Source: Macrostomum lignano (lineage: Eukaryota). Taken from it: a DNA stretch of 64,000 nucleotides. The notes beneath the pieces are model-generated. The model was not told where the DNA came from, made no database searches, and worked only from the letters and a program-made list of their open reading frames with translations. Of this stretch, positions 36,376-48,750 are shown in pieces. Location: the NCBI GenBank assembly GCA_002269645.1, contig NIVC01000754.1, positions 248,001-312,000 on the forward strand. Reading direction: 5' to 3'. Every line of letters begins with the position of its first letter. Position 1 is the first letter of the stretch. A program made the translations under genes and the position numbers.

Positions 36376-38030
36376 CATTTACCATGTATGGTGAATGTAC
36401 CATAAATTAAATTTCGCTTAAAAATGCACTCTAATACTGAAAGCATTTTTCTATGATGACTTCTGCGTTCGGATCTTTCACGAATCCAATTGTCTATGGT
36501 GAAGTGATTAATAAAAAATTAAAATTACTAAACTCTAAACTTTGTTCTGAAAGTATATCACAGATAATTAGATAAATACTGAATTTATCGCTTCACTTTC
36601 AGCATTCTTTTTTATCAACTTTTTATATAGCCACATTGTATTTATGACCTCTTCAATCAGAAAGTTTACTGCCATGACAAGCTGCATTGACAAGGGTGAG
36701 TAGAAAGCCGCGTTCACCCTGGTCTCGGGTTTTTATTTTCACTATAATTTTCATTGACACCCAGATACTCAGTTGTTGGGCTAGCCTCCCAGATCCTCAA
36801 TCCAGACTACTCCAGACTCTGTTTACCTGGACTGAATTTCAGTACGCCCTACGCATACCTGTGCGCGCATACGCTCTTAGAAAACAAATCTTTAATCAGC
36901 CGTAAATGGCGCACCTGCCTGTGATGCTCCTGAGTCTTGTGGAGTATATTTGCATAAACATGCACTATTCAACCTGTGCGGTAAAGGTTCGTAATCAGGT
37001 GGAAAATGCCAGACTGAAGTTATTTGCTAATTGACTCAGCTGGTCTTCCTTTTTGCGGGTGGCCTCGTTGCTGACTAACCAAAACATCTGTGCCAACAGG
37101 GAAGCAGTCAGTGCCTTTGCTGTCTTGAGAGAAATCGTCATGCTTGTTAGTAGTAGGGCTTGAAATTCGACTATTTACAATCCTTATTAGCTAAAAGCAG
37201 CAGTACATATAAAGTGCAATGTTTGCTGTAGTGCTGACTTTAGGGGTTAATGTTTTTTTAAAATGTACTATTAGTTCATTTTAGGGCTAAAGGTAATACT
37301 CGTAAGAGAGCAAACCAGCTAGATCAGCAAAAAATACACTTTGACAAATTCGTAACACGACACAGCTGTTTGTTGGCTCATGTATTACACAGTTGTGCCC
37401 GACAGCCCTCAGTAAAGATGCTATTCATCGTTTTCATATTACAGTCCAAGACTCGAACTGTGAACTCAAAACTTCGGGCCAGAAATGCAGCAGCAACAAC
37501 AGCAGCAGCAGGCTAAATTGCAGACGAAGAAACTCCAGCAGCAGCTCGGACGACAGCGACCGTCAGTGCATGCTGATTGAGCCGCAGCACAGCAAGAGTT
37601 CGTTTGCGGCTGAGGCTGCAGCAAACAGCGTCGTATTCTGCGAAATTCAGAGCTGCGCAACTCGGAGCAGCCACTCGGCCGACAGCTGCTTGTCAACACT
37701 GTCGGGCACTTGCTGCGAAGTTCTGCCCAACCTGTGAGTTGCACTGCTTCATTCATGTTTAACCCGTTTCTAATGCGTCTGTTGCGACTAAAATACAAAG
37801 GTCTGATTGTCGTGGAATTCACGTCCTGGTGGCGGTGACCAAACCCCAGTTACACCTAAGTTAGTAAGCTTGTGTCAGTGTATGTATGTGTGTGAATAAA
37901 CCTAGAGTCTAGAGTACTATAGAGTCTTGCTCACTTGCTCAAGTGATGAGCGGAAGCCGGACGAAAGTATCTGCAGCAGCTAGAGGCCCCTTCAACTCGA
38001 AACTACATCGATGTTAGATTTTTCCAACAG

Positions 38031-39592
38031 CCGAACTCAAATCCAATCTTCTTCAGTTCGCCGTTTCCTCGGTTTCCACAAAACTCGAATTTCAACCATC
38101 GGCCCGAGGTTGCCTGGTGTTCGCGTGATCGAATCTATGAGGACTTGGAAAATGCCGGGCACAACTCCGAGTACCAGTGGGAACAGGCTGTGCAGAGTCG
38201 GCCAAGTCAACAGCAATATTGGCAACCGTTGCAGCAATCAAATAAGCGGAAGCAGCCGCAGAAGAACCAACGACCCAGCGTTGCCGCTGACAGCTTTGTG
38301 AGTTTCATTTGAACTGTTGTTGGCTCTTTAACGGCCAGGTAAAAACGTAAAACGTAGAAACGTAACGTCTCTGCGTCAACGAAATTTGACAGCTGCAATT
38401 CAACTGCCAAAATATTGACTGACCAACTCCCTAACCTAAACCCTAACCCTAATCCTAAAGATGCAGAAGGGTCCCAGTGTCGAATGGCCAACTGAAGGCA
38501 TCTATTCACCTGCTCGCGCCCGCAACACCACCGTGCACCGCAACAAATGGGCGTCACGGCTTGACGATAGCGTCTTGCTTGACGATGTCACCCCGCCACC
38601 AAAACGGGCGCAGCGCAAGAAGAGGCCGCAGTCTCCGGCGGCGTGAGTTCCTTCTGGTTGCATGTGAAATCTCGAGCTTTGGGCGTGTGGTTTGGCTTCT
38701 ATTGAAAGTTAAAGGAAACCGCCTCCCGAAGTGTCAGTTGCTGGACCAGCCTCCCAGAGTGTCAGTTGCTGGACCAGCCTCCCAGAGTGTCAGTTGCTGG
38801 ACCAGCCTCCCAGAGTGTCAGTTGCTGGACCAGCCTCCTAGAGTGTCAGTTGCTGGACCAGCCTCCCAGAGTGTCAGTTGCTGGACCAGCCTCCCAGAGT
38901 GTCAGTTGCTGGGCCAGCCTCCCAGAGTGTCAGTTGCTGGGCCAGCCTCCCAGAGTGTCAGTTGCTGGACCAGCCCGCCTCCCAGATCCTCAGTTGCTGG
39001 GCCAGCCTCCCAGATCCCCAGTTGCTTGGTTGATGAATATTCTCAGCAGCTTAGTTGATTTTCTTGTGCTGCTTTTAGCAAATCAGTACAGCAGCAAAGA
39101 CTGAAGCAGCAACAACAACAACCGCAGCTGCAGCAAAGGCAGCTACAGCAACAGCAACCGCAGCAGCAGCAGAGGCAGCAGCAACAGAAGCCGTTGCAGC
39201 AGCAGAAGCAGCAGCAGAAGCAGCAGCAGAAGCAGCAGCAGAAGCAGCAGCTGAAGCGGCAGCAAAAGCAGCAGCCGCCGACCCCACGCTGCGCCCGCTG
39301 CCCATCAAAGCCGCGCCCCTGTCCGATGCAACGACAGCGGCTGCTGAAGAAGCACCAGAAGAAGCGAAAGCAACGGCAGAATCGCGACGCCGAAGGCTGC
39401 GTGCCCGGCGAGGTCTCCTGCGGCGACTGTCAGCCGCCTCGCATCCAGCTGTGCCCCGCTAAGCAGGGCCGAGAAAGGTTCTCTCGCGTGAAGCTGCAAA
39501 CTCAACCGGGCCGCTTCATCACTCGCCAGGTGCTCTTCTTTGATGGCGACTATCTGTACAGACCTGCTCAGCCCGAGTGCCCCTGCTACTGA
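38031..39592 (+). CDS. Uncharacterised Gln-rich protein with a Cys-rich C-terminus (last three exons, 5' end unresolved)
   Basis: Exons 38031-38297 (phase 0-0), 38467-38642 (phase 0-2) and 39079-39592 join in one open frame at good splice sites (ccaacag, TTT/gtgagt, gatgcag, GC/gtgagt, cttttag). No recognisable domain. Confidence 0.5.
38730..39020. repeat. 28-bp intronic minisatellite (gtgtcagttgctggaccagcctcccaga)
   Basis: Direct inspection. Confidence 0.9.
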
Positions 39593-39924
39593 CAAAGTAA
39601 ATATTATTTTTAAATCATTGATGATAACTAACAATGACTTTTGGTGAACTGCTTCTGATGGGTCTGCTGCTTTCAATAAGCAGTCACCTCCATATATTTT
39701 TTGCATTGCCGATCTGATAAGAAATTCTTCTGCTTTTCAATTATCTGAAGCATTTTTAAACGCATTTTAAGTTTTGAATTTTTTATGCTAATTTTATTTT
39801 AAACGTCGCGTCCTAAAAATATAAAGCCACAAGATTTCTGAAAGCGCCGTCTCGCCCTTTATTTACCTTTGAGGGCTCTTTGGCCTTGACTTCTTTCAGC
39901 TTCTGTCCATTGTAAGATCCCCAT

Positions 39925-40240
39925 CACTCCCCTTCTCTCCTCCACCACTTCCACCACTCCACATCACTCTCCATCACTCTAAATCACTCCCCATCATCCC
40001 AATCACTCCCCATCACTCTAAATCACTCCCCACCACTCTAAATTACTCTCCATCATCCCAATCACTCCCCATCACTCTAAATCACTCTCCATCACTCCCA
40101 TCTCTCCCCATCACTCTACATCACTCCCCATCACTCCCCATCAGTCTCCATCTCTCTAAATTACTCCCCACCACTCTAAATCACTTTAAATTAGTCCCCA
40201 TCACTACCCTATCACTCTAAATCACTCCAATCACTCCCTA
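39925..40240. repeat. Degenerate catcactccc / catcactctaaa repeat
   Basis: Direct inspection. Confidence 0.75.
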
Positions 40241-41399
40241 CACTTACCCTCTCTTCCCCTCTCCCCTCTCTCTCCGTCTCTCAATTAATATTTTGATCCT
40301 ACAGTATACTTTTCCGACGCAGGTTCCCTGTCGCCTGACATTTCCTGCCAGCAGAAACTGCAGTGATTTATGGCACTAATGAACAACATTTAGCTACGAT
40401 AGGCCAGTTCAGGTCCTGGGCTTTATACACCAACTCAGGCCAGATGAATATACTGGGCTTTTATTCGGGTGCGGTAGACATCAAAGGAATTAAGAAAAAT
40501 GCTAGAATGCTTGGCTGCGTACCCAGGTATCAGTACTAAAATAATTAATTACATGCTCAACTGTAATTAACTGCTCAGTGGGGAGTCGCGCCCAGGAACA
40601 GCTCCGGTCTGACCCGCCACCAATCACGCTGGTTGGTTGGCTAAGAACCTTTCGGTAGTGGTCTTATTTTATATGAGAAACTCGGCTGTTTCCTCCTATT
40701 TTCCTCCCCTTTTACGCCTTTTTCTCATCCTTTCTCCGCCCCTTTTCCTCCCCATTTTCCGCCCGTATGGTTCCGCCCCTTTTGTATCCCTCTTTTCTCT
40801 TCTATTCACTTTCTCCCATTTTTATAAATTTATTTTTGCCTCGCGGCTCCTTGCAGTATGACCAGCCGCTTATTGCATTTATCATATGGACAAACTGAAG
40901 CATAAAAAATTTGTCCATAATCAGCATAACAAATAAGCTAAATTCGATATCTGTTGTGTTGCCACAATACAGACTGACAAAATCTTTTAATTTCAATCAT
41001 TACCGAATCCTTGACGGTTCGAATTCGGGTTTTTTCGATTTTTAGTCTTGGTAAATTTAGTAAACCAAAGCGGAAAAAACATTAAAACAAATCAAGACCA
41101 AGTTCACATTAAAGCAGAACAAAGTCGCAATCACTGCCATGGACAAAAGCACGCTTCTGACAAGCTGCTTGATTTGATTGATAAACGAGACTAGAGACAA
41201 AATTAAAAGTACATGCACAAATGACGCGGTAATAACACACGATTAACAATGCCATTGCCCTGACCCGCCTCATTGGCTGCCCCCTCTTCGGTTCTCTCGT
41301 CGTTTGGGCTTGTCGACTCATATCTCTAGCCGCGGAGGCCCCTGATTGGCTAGCTTTACCCCCGTCTTTCTCCCGTCCTCTAACTGTGTGAATTTCGTC

Positions 41400-41590
41400 C
41401 CACCCCCCAGCCCGGCGTGGCTTAGCCTCCACCCCACAGCCCGGCGTGGCTTAATTTGGCCCCTACCCCCAGCCCGGCGTTGTCTTGACCCCCACCCCCC
41501 CCCCAGCCCGGCGTTGGCTTGACCCCCACCCCCAACCCGGCGTGGCTTGGCCCCCAACCCCCAACCCTGCGTGGCCTAACCCCGCGCAGC
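41400..41590. repeat. About 30-bp C-rich repeat (cccccagcccggcgtggcttg)
   Basis: About 6 diverged copies. Confidence 0.7.
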
Positions 41591-42494
41591 TTGTGACCCC
41601 CTCCCAGTTAGGTGAAAAAAATTATTAGAGGCAGCGGGTTCTGTGCGACCTGGCGGAACCATAAGCGACGTTGCACAAAACCGGAGAGAGGCATTACTAC
41701 CCATTCCGCCGACTCCCCTGAGCAAGCACACAGGCATGTACGCTTCACTGTGCCTTGGGGGTTCGCCCTCAAGGGCGTTAATTGCACGAGCAGAAAATAA
41801 GAACGCCTCGCTAGAGCACTAGGCTACGGCTCCCTAAGATAAATTTTATTTCTTTTTCTTATCTTCCTCTCTACCGTAGACTTTGTCCTCTAATTGCCAG
41901 TCATCAGGATTGAATACAAGTGGCAGTCTGCTCATCCAAATCCTCTCCGCCCCCGTCGAAAGTCTTCACTCGGGTCTGCGAAGTGTTCGCACGCCTCCAG
42001 ACCCCTATTCACCTCTCCGCCGAGTGGCTCGCCTGCTTGCAAGTCGCAACCTCGTCATCTGCGCATCTCTCTTAAGGGCTTAACGAGTGTCAGTACGTTC
42101 CCAGCCCATCCACTTCCACCCCGGAGTGCCTGCACAGATGGGGTGGGCCGCCGCTCTCCAATGCAACCAATACAAATACAAAATACAACAGCACGCAAAT
42201 AAAAGTACAAATAGTCATTTTAGTCAAAGTCTCGATGTCATGTGGAAATTCTTATATCCAAGTTGGTTTTGTCATTCATTGTCTGTCATGGGACGTCGTC
42301 TACGCGATCTCCTTGTCCTCCTTGATGTCATCGCACAGCTGCTGCTGCTGCTGAAGAGGCCTGGATTTACGCTGGAATCGGGGATCGGGTTTCTGGGATT
42401 TTCTCTTGCGTTAAGCCTCTTTTTGAGTCAGTGGCTAATAAGTTTAATATTCCCTTCGGCGACATCGTCCCACGATTGTCAGGCATGTTGGCCC

Positions 42495-43325
42495 TCATGG
42501 CTGTGAAATGGCGCCCTGATGGCTGTGAAATGGCGCCCTCGTGGCTGTAAAATGGCGCCCTCGTGGCTGTGAAATGGCGCCCTCAAGGCTGTGAAATGGC
42601 GCCCTCATGGCTGTGAAATGGCGCCCTCATGGCTGTGAAATGGCGCCCTCATGGCTGTGAAATGGCGCCCTCATGGCTGTGAAATGGCCCCCTCATGGCT
42701 GTGAAATGGCCCCCTCATGGCTGTGAAATAGCGCCCTCATGGCTGTGAAATGGCGCCCTCATGGCTGTGAAATGGCGCCCCTATCAAATAAAATAGCGCC
42801 CTCATCAAATGAAATGGCGCCCCTTATTAATGAAATGGCGCCCTAATCAAGTGAAATGGCGCCCTAATCAAATGAAATGGCGCCCTCATCAAGTGAAATG
42901 GCGCCCTAATCAAATGAAATGGCGCCCTCATCAAGTGAAATGGCGCCCTCATCAAGTAAAATGACGCCCCTAATCAATTAAATGGCGTCCTCATCAAATA
43001 AAATGGCGCCCTCATCAAATAAAATGGCGCCCTCATCCAATGAAATGACGCCCCTTATCAATGAAATGGTGCCGTAACCAAATAAAATGGCGCCCTCATC
43101 AAATAAAATGGCGCCCTCATCAAATAAAATGGCGCCCTCATCAAGTAAAATGGCGCCCTCATCAAACAAAATGGCGCCCTCATCAAATAAAACGGCGCCA
43201 TCATCAAGTGAAATGGCGCCCTTATCAAATAAAATGGCGCCTTTATCAAATGAAATGGCGCCCTAATCAAGTGAAATGGCGCCCTAATCAAATCAAATGG
43301 CGCCCTCATCAAATGAAGTGACGCC
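42495..43325. repeat. 21/22-bp composite minisatellite with core aaatggcgccctcat
   Basis: Unit changes from ...ggctgtg to ...caaatg/caaata near 42780. Confidence 0.9.
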
Positions 43326-43699
43326 TCTATCAAATGGAATTATTATTATTACATAATTGTCCCTGAGTCGTTATCTCCTGTCTATTTCTTTTTTTGAGCA
43401 TCGATCTTCCTAAATATTTTTTTGCCGTTTTAAATCTTATCTAATACCATCCTATCCTATCTCATGCTATCCAATCTCATGCTATTCAATCGCGTGCTAT
43501 CCAATCCCACCCTATCTAATCCCATGCTATCCAATCTCATCCTATCTATTCTCATCGTATCCAATCTAACCCTTCGAGTATCCAATCTCTTAAATTACTG
43601 CTATGGTTTTTCTCGTCTCATCTCAAAATCTCAAGCAGTCAAGTGCAGTTTTATACTGTATACTCATCTCATCTTCACATCTAATGTCAAACTGCTCAC

Positions 43700-46600
43700 C
43701 CCATTCTCTGCACCCCGCCTCGCCCGCCGGTTGTTCCGCCGGTTCTCCAGCTCCAGCCCGAAGGCATCCGCAGGCGGCTTCAGGATGCCGCGCGCCTTCA
43801 ACCAGCGGCCTGGCCGGGTCTGCAGCAGCAGCCGCTTCTGCTCACGCTGAGCCTCCGAGTTCACGAAGCAGAGCAGCAGAGAGACGAAGAAGCCCTGCGT
43901 GTTCAGTTCTCGTCATTTAATAACCATATCGTGTAAAGCAGCATCATGTAAAATCACATCATGTAATAATCCCATCATGTCATGATCCATAGTTTCATAA
44001 TCCACTCATGTCAATCCAATCATGTGATAATCTCATAATGCAATAATCCCATCATGTCATAATCCCATCGTCATAATCCCATCATGCCATAATCACATCA
44101 TGCCATAATCCCATTATGTCATAATCCCATCATGTAATAATCCCATCATGTCGTAATCCCATCATGTCGTAATCCCAATGTGTCATAATCCAACGATGCC
44201 ATAATCCCATGATGTCATAATCCCATTATGTCACAACCCATCATTTTATAATCTTATCATGTCATAATCTCAAAATACCATGATCCCATAATACCACAAT
44301 TCAATCATGCTCTCGTCTCATCCTTTCAAAATTCAATCTTGTCACAATCCCAATTCCCATAATTATCCCATACAACAAAAATATCCCACTTTCAAAGCTT
44401 CAGATTCCTGCTCTAAACTCCCCAGTTGCTCACCTGAAACGAGTTGAAGAAGTGCTCATAGAACAGCTTGATGCAGTCCAGAGTGGCTCCCAGCCGGTCC
44501 TTCGGCATCACGGACATTGGCAAGAAGATGATGTAGTAGATCCCAAACACCAGAACCAGCACAGAAGTAGACTTCCACATTTTCCTGAAATTCAGGACAG
44601 AAAAGCAGGTTTACTATTGCGAATTCCGTATGTCAGTGCCGGCAACTCCGTCCTCTCTCACCTGTAGCTCTGGGACGCGGCGCTGGATCGGGGCTGAGAC
44701 TTGATCTTCGCGAACAGCTCGCGAACAATTCGAACGAACAGGCAGGCATTGATCTGGGGAGTTTCAGTTGGAGCTCATCTTGTTGCAATTTGTAATGTGA
44801 AATCTTCTGAAACCCTCCATGACACTGCCCTACCCTAGCTGACACCCTGCCCTGACACCCTACCCTGACATCCTACCCTGACACCCCACCCTAACACCCT
44901 ACCCTGACACCCTACCCTAACACCCCACCCTAACACCCCACCATGACACCCTACCCTAACACCCTACTCTGACACCCTACCCTGACACCCTAACTCACAT
45001 CCTACCCTGACACCCTACCCTGACACCCTACCCTGACACCCTACCCTGACACCCCACCCTAACACCCTACCCTGACACCCTACCCTAACACCCCACCCTA
45101 AAACCCCACCATGACACCCTACCCTAACACCCTACCCTGACACCCTAACTCACACCCTACCCTGACACCCTACCTTGACACCCCACCCTGACACCCTACC
45201 CTGACACCCTACCCTGACACTCTATCTTGTCACCCTCCTAAAACCCTACCTAAAACCCTACCTGAAACCTACCTAAAACCCTACCTAAAACCCTACCTAA
45301 AACCCTACCTGAAACCTACCTAAAAGCCTACCTGGCACCCTACCTAAAACCCTATCTAAAACCCTACCTGAAACCCTACCTGAAACCTACCTAAACCCCT
45401 ACCTTACACCCCACTTAAAAACTTGCGGATTTACTGTCGACAGCCCCTCGAACTACCTCCACCTACAGAAATTCTGCCTGCCGATGATATTTGAGATCAA
45501 CCATCGTCTCTTTGCTATTCGAAACTCGAATTCTTAAAGTCAAAAGTCAGCTCAAAAGTACATATTTTCGGCGCTTCATTTTCCACGCTTGAAAAATCTT
45601 TTTTTTTCATTTCGTTCGCTTTCTCTAATTCAATAATTTATGCAGAAGCGCAGCCTGCAGTTCCTAAAACACTCTTGGAGAAGCCTAAAAACATTAGAAT
45701 CTGCCAGAATGAACTAATTGATGTTGAGTAGCAGCCATCTGTTTCACATCCCTGCCGCTGCCAGCCTGCTCTCTGCAGGCATTGAATTATTTAGTCTGAC
45801 TTTTTGTCGGTTCTGTTTCACTCCCTGAAATTTGCTCAGGTGGAGAAACTCAGAAAAATTGAATTCTATTTTGGTATCTTAATCAGGGAGAATGCTTTAT
45901 GAGGAATTATTACTCGAGAAAAATGCTGGATTTAGGCAGCCATGTTTTTAAGATCAATCTTTCTCGTTTCCTTCCTTCTAGATCCCATCCTCAGATCCCA
46001 TCCTTCTCAGATCCGATCCTTTTAGATCCCATCCTTGCAGATATAATTCTTCTAGATCCCATTCTTCTAGATCCCATCGCTCTAGATCCCATCCTTCTAG
46101 ATCCCATCCTTCTAGATCCCATCCTTCTAGATCCAATCCTTTTAGATCCAATCCTTTTAGATCCCATCCTTGCAGATATAATTCTTCTAGATCCCATTCT
46201 TCTAGATCCCATCCTTCTAGATCCCATTCTTCTAGATCCTATCCTTCTAGATCCCATCCTTCTAAATCATATCCTTCTATATCTCATCCTTCTAGATCCC
46301 ATCCTTCTAGATCCCATCCTTCTAGATCCCATGCTTATTGGATACCATTCTTCTAGATCCCGTCCTTCCAGATCCCATGCTTCCAGATCCCATCCGTATG
46401 CAGCTGCCATCGCATCCCACTGCAAAGAAGTTCTATTCATCAGCAGTACGCAGGTGCTTACAAAGACCAGCAGGCAAAGGTAGACGTTGATCAGCCAGAT
46501 GTCCGCTCCCATGGCCTCGTAGCTGCGCCAGCACCTGCTGTTGTTCAGAGTCAAGCGGAGGACAACCCACACTGCGGTGAAGACCGATGGCACGCCTGTT

Positions 46601-48213
46601 TTTGGGTGGGGGAATTTTATAGATTTAGCTGCCTATTATAGATTTATAGATTTATAGATTTATGCCTATTAACTAGATTAGCAATCAGTTATTGACTAGA
46701 TTAGCAATCCATAATTCACTTGATTAACAATCTAATATTGAATAGATTAGCTATCCATTGTTGACTAGATTAGCAATCCATTATTGAAAAGATTAGCAAT
46801 CCATTGTCGGATCGATTAGAAATCCATTATCGGATAGATTAGCAATCCATTATTGAATAGATTAGCAACCCATTATTGACTAGATTAGCATCCATTATTG
46901 AATAGATTAGCAACCCATTATTGACTAGATTAGCAATCCATTATTGAATAGATTAGCAATCCAATATTGAACAGATTAGCAATTCATTATTGACTAAATT
47001 AGCAATCCATTATTAAATAGATTAGCAATCCATTATTCGATAACCCATTATTGACTAGATGAGCAATCCAGTATTGGATAGATTAGCAATCCATTATTGA
47101 CTAGATGAGCAATCCAGTATTGGATAGATTAGCAATCCATTATTGAATAGGTTAGCAATCTAGTATTGAATAGATTAGAAATCCAGTATTGGATAGATTA
47201 GCAATCCATTATTGAATAGATTAGCAATCCATTATTGACTAGATTAGCAATCCAATATTGAATAGATTAGCTATCCATTATTGACTAGATTCGCAATCCA
47301 TTACTGGATAGATTAGCAATCCATTATTGACTAGATTAGCAATCCAATATTGAATAGATTAGCTATCCATTATTGACTAGATTCGCAATCCATTACTGGA
47401 TAGATTAGCAATCCATTATTAAATAGATTAGCAATCAATTATTGACTAGATTAGCAATCCATTAATGACTAGATTAGCAATCCATTATATGCTGGAATAT
47501 TAGTCCTAAATCCATGAATACTACACAAAAACTGCGAATTTCTAACCCCAAGACCCATCGAATTTTATTTGGTCCGCTCTGCTTTGCAGCCTCATTTTTT
47601 CGTTGATGGCGTGCTAAAAAAAGTTCAAACTCTCGTTTTTTCTGGAAATTTCGCAGTCAAAATTCATTCCATGACTTCAGCTTCTGAAGCTTCTGATGAT
47701 TATTGTGGATGCATTTTCGGCAATGGTTGACCTGTTTTGTCAAAAACTCCCCATTTTCCCGCCGTCTCCATCCTGTACACCGGAAATCAGCTGGAAATTC
47801 CCTATTCATTCGAAGAAATTCGATATTCGATTTCAACTAAATCCCATTTCCTTTTTTCCGATGTCGATGAGGACTTAAAAGGCTTGGATAAATATCGATT
47901 CATGCCATGCTTTTCTGGGCCCTCGGGGGAGCAGATGAGGAAATTGGGATCCGGGATCGGTTTCAGATTAGAATGAAAACTCCACAGCTGAAGCCTGGCA
48001 GTGGCTGGCGACTTTTTGAATTCTGAATGACTTACATTGCGTTTGCGGATGTTATTAACACTGCTGACTTGATGAACTGTCTGTCTGTCTGTCTGTCTGT
48101 CTGTATGTCTGTCTGTCTGTCTGTCTGTATGTCTGTCTGTCTGTATGTCTGTCTGTCTGTCTGTCTGTATGTCTGTCTGTCTGTCTGTCTGTATGTCTGT
48201 CTGTCTGTCTGTA

Positions 48214-48256
<43 letters not shown>

Positions 48257-48281
48257 ATGTCTGTATGTCTGTCTGTCTGTA

Positions 48282-48328
<47 letters not shown>

Positions 48329-48417
48329 ATGTCTGTCTGTCTGTATGTCTGTCTGTCTGTCTGTCTGTATGTCTGTCTGTCTGTCTGTCTGTCTGTATGT
48401 CTGTCTGTCTGTCTGTA

Positions 48418-48460
<43 letters not shown>

Positions 48461-48531
48461 ATGTCTGTCTGTCTGTCTGTCTGTATGTCTGTCTGTCTGT
48501 CTGTATGTCTGTCTGTCTGTCTGTCTGTCTA

Positions 48532-48592
<61 letters not shown>

Positions 48593-48677
48593 ATGTCTGT
48601 CTGTCTGTATGTCTGTCTGTCTGTCTGTCTGTATGTCTGTCTGTCTGTCTGTCTGTATGTCTGTCTGTCTGTCTGTA

Positions 48678-48750
<73 letters not shown>

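Noticed and set aside
41580-42200. Possible retroelement remnant or terminal GPCR exon
   Set aside because: No RT, endonuclease or transposase motif, and no phase-compatible acceptor found.
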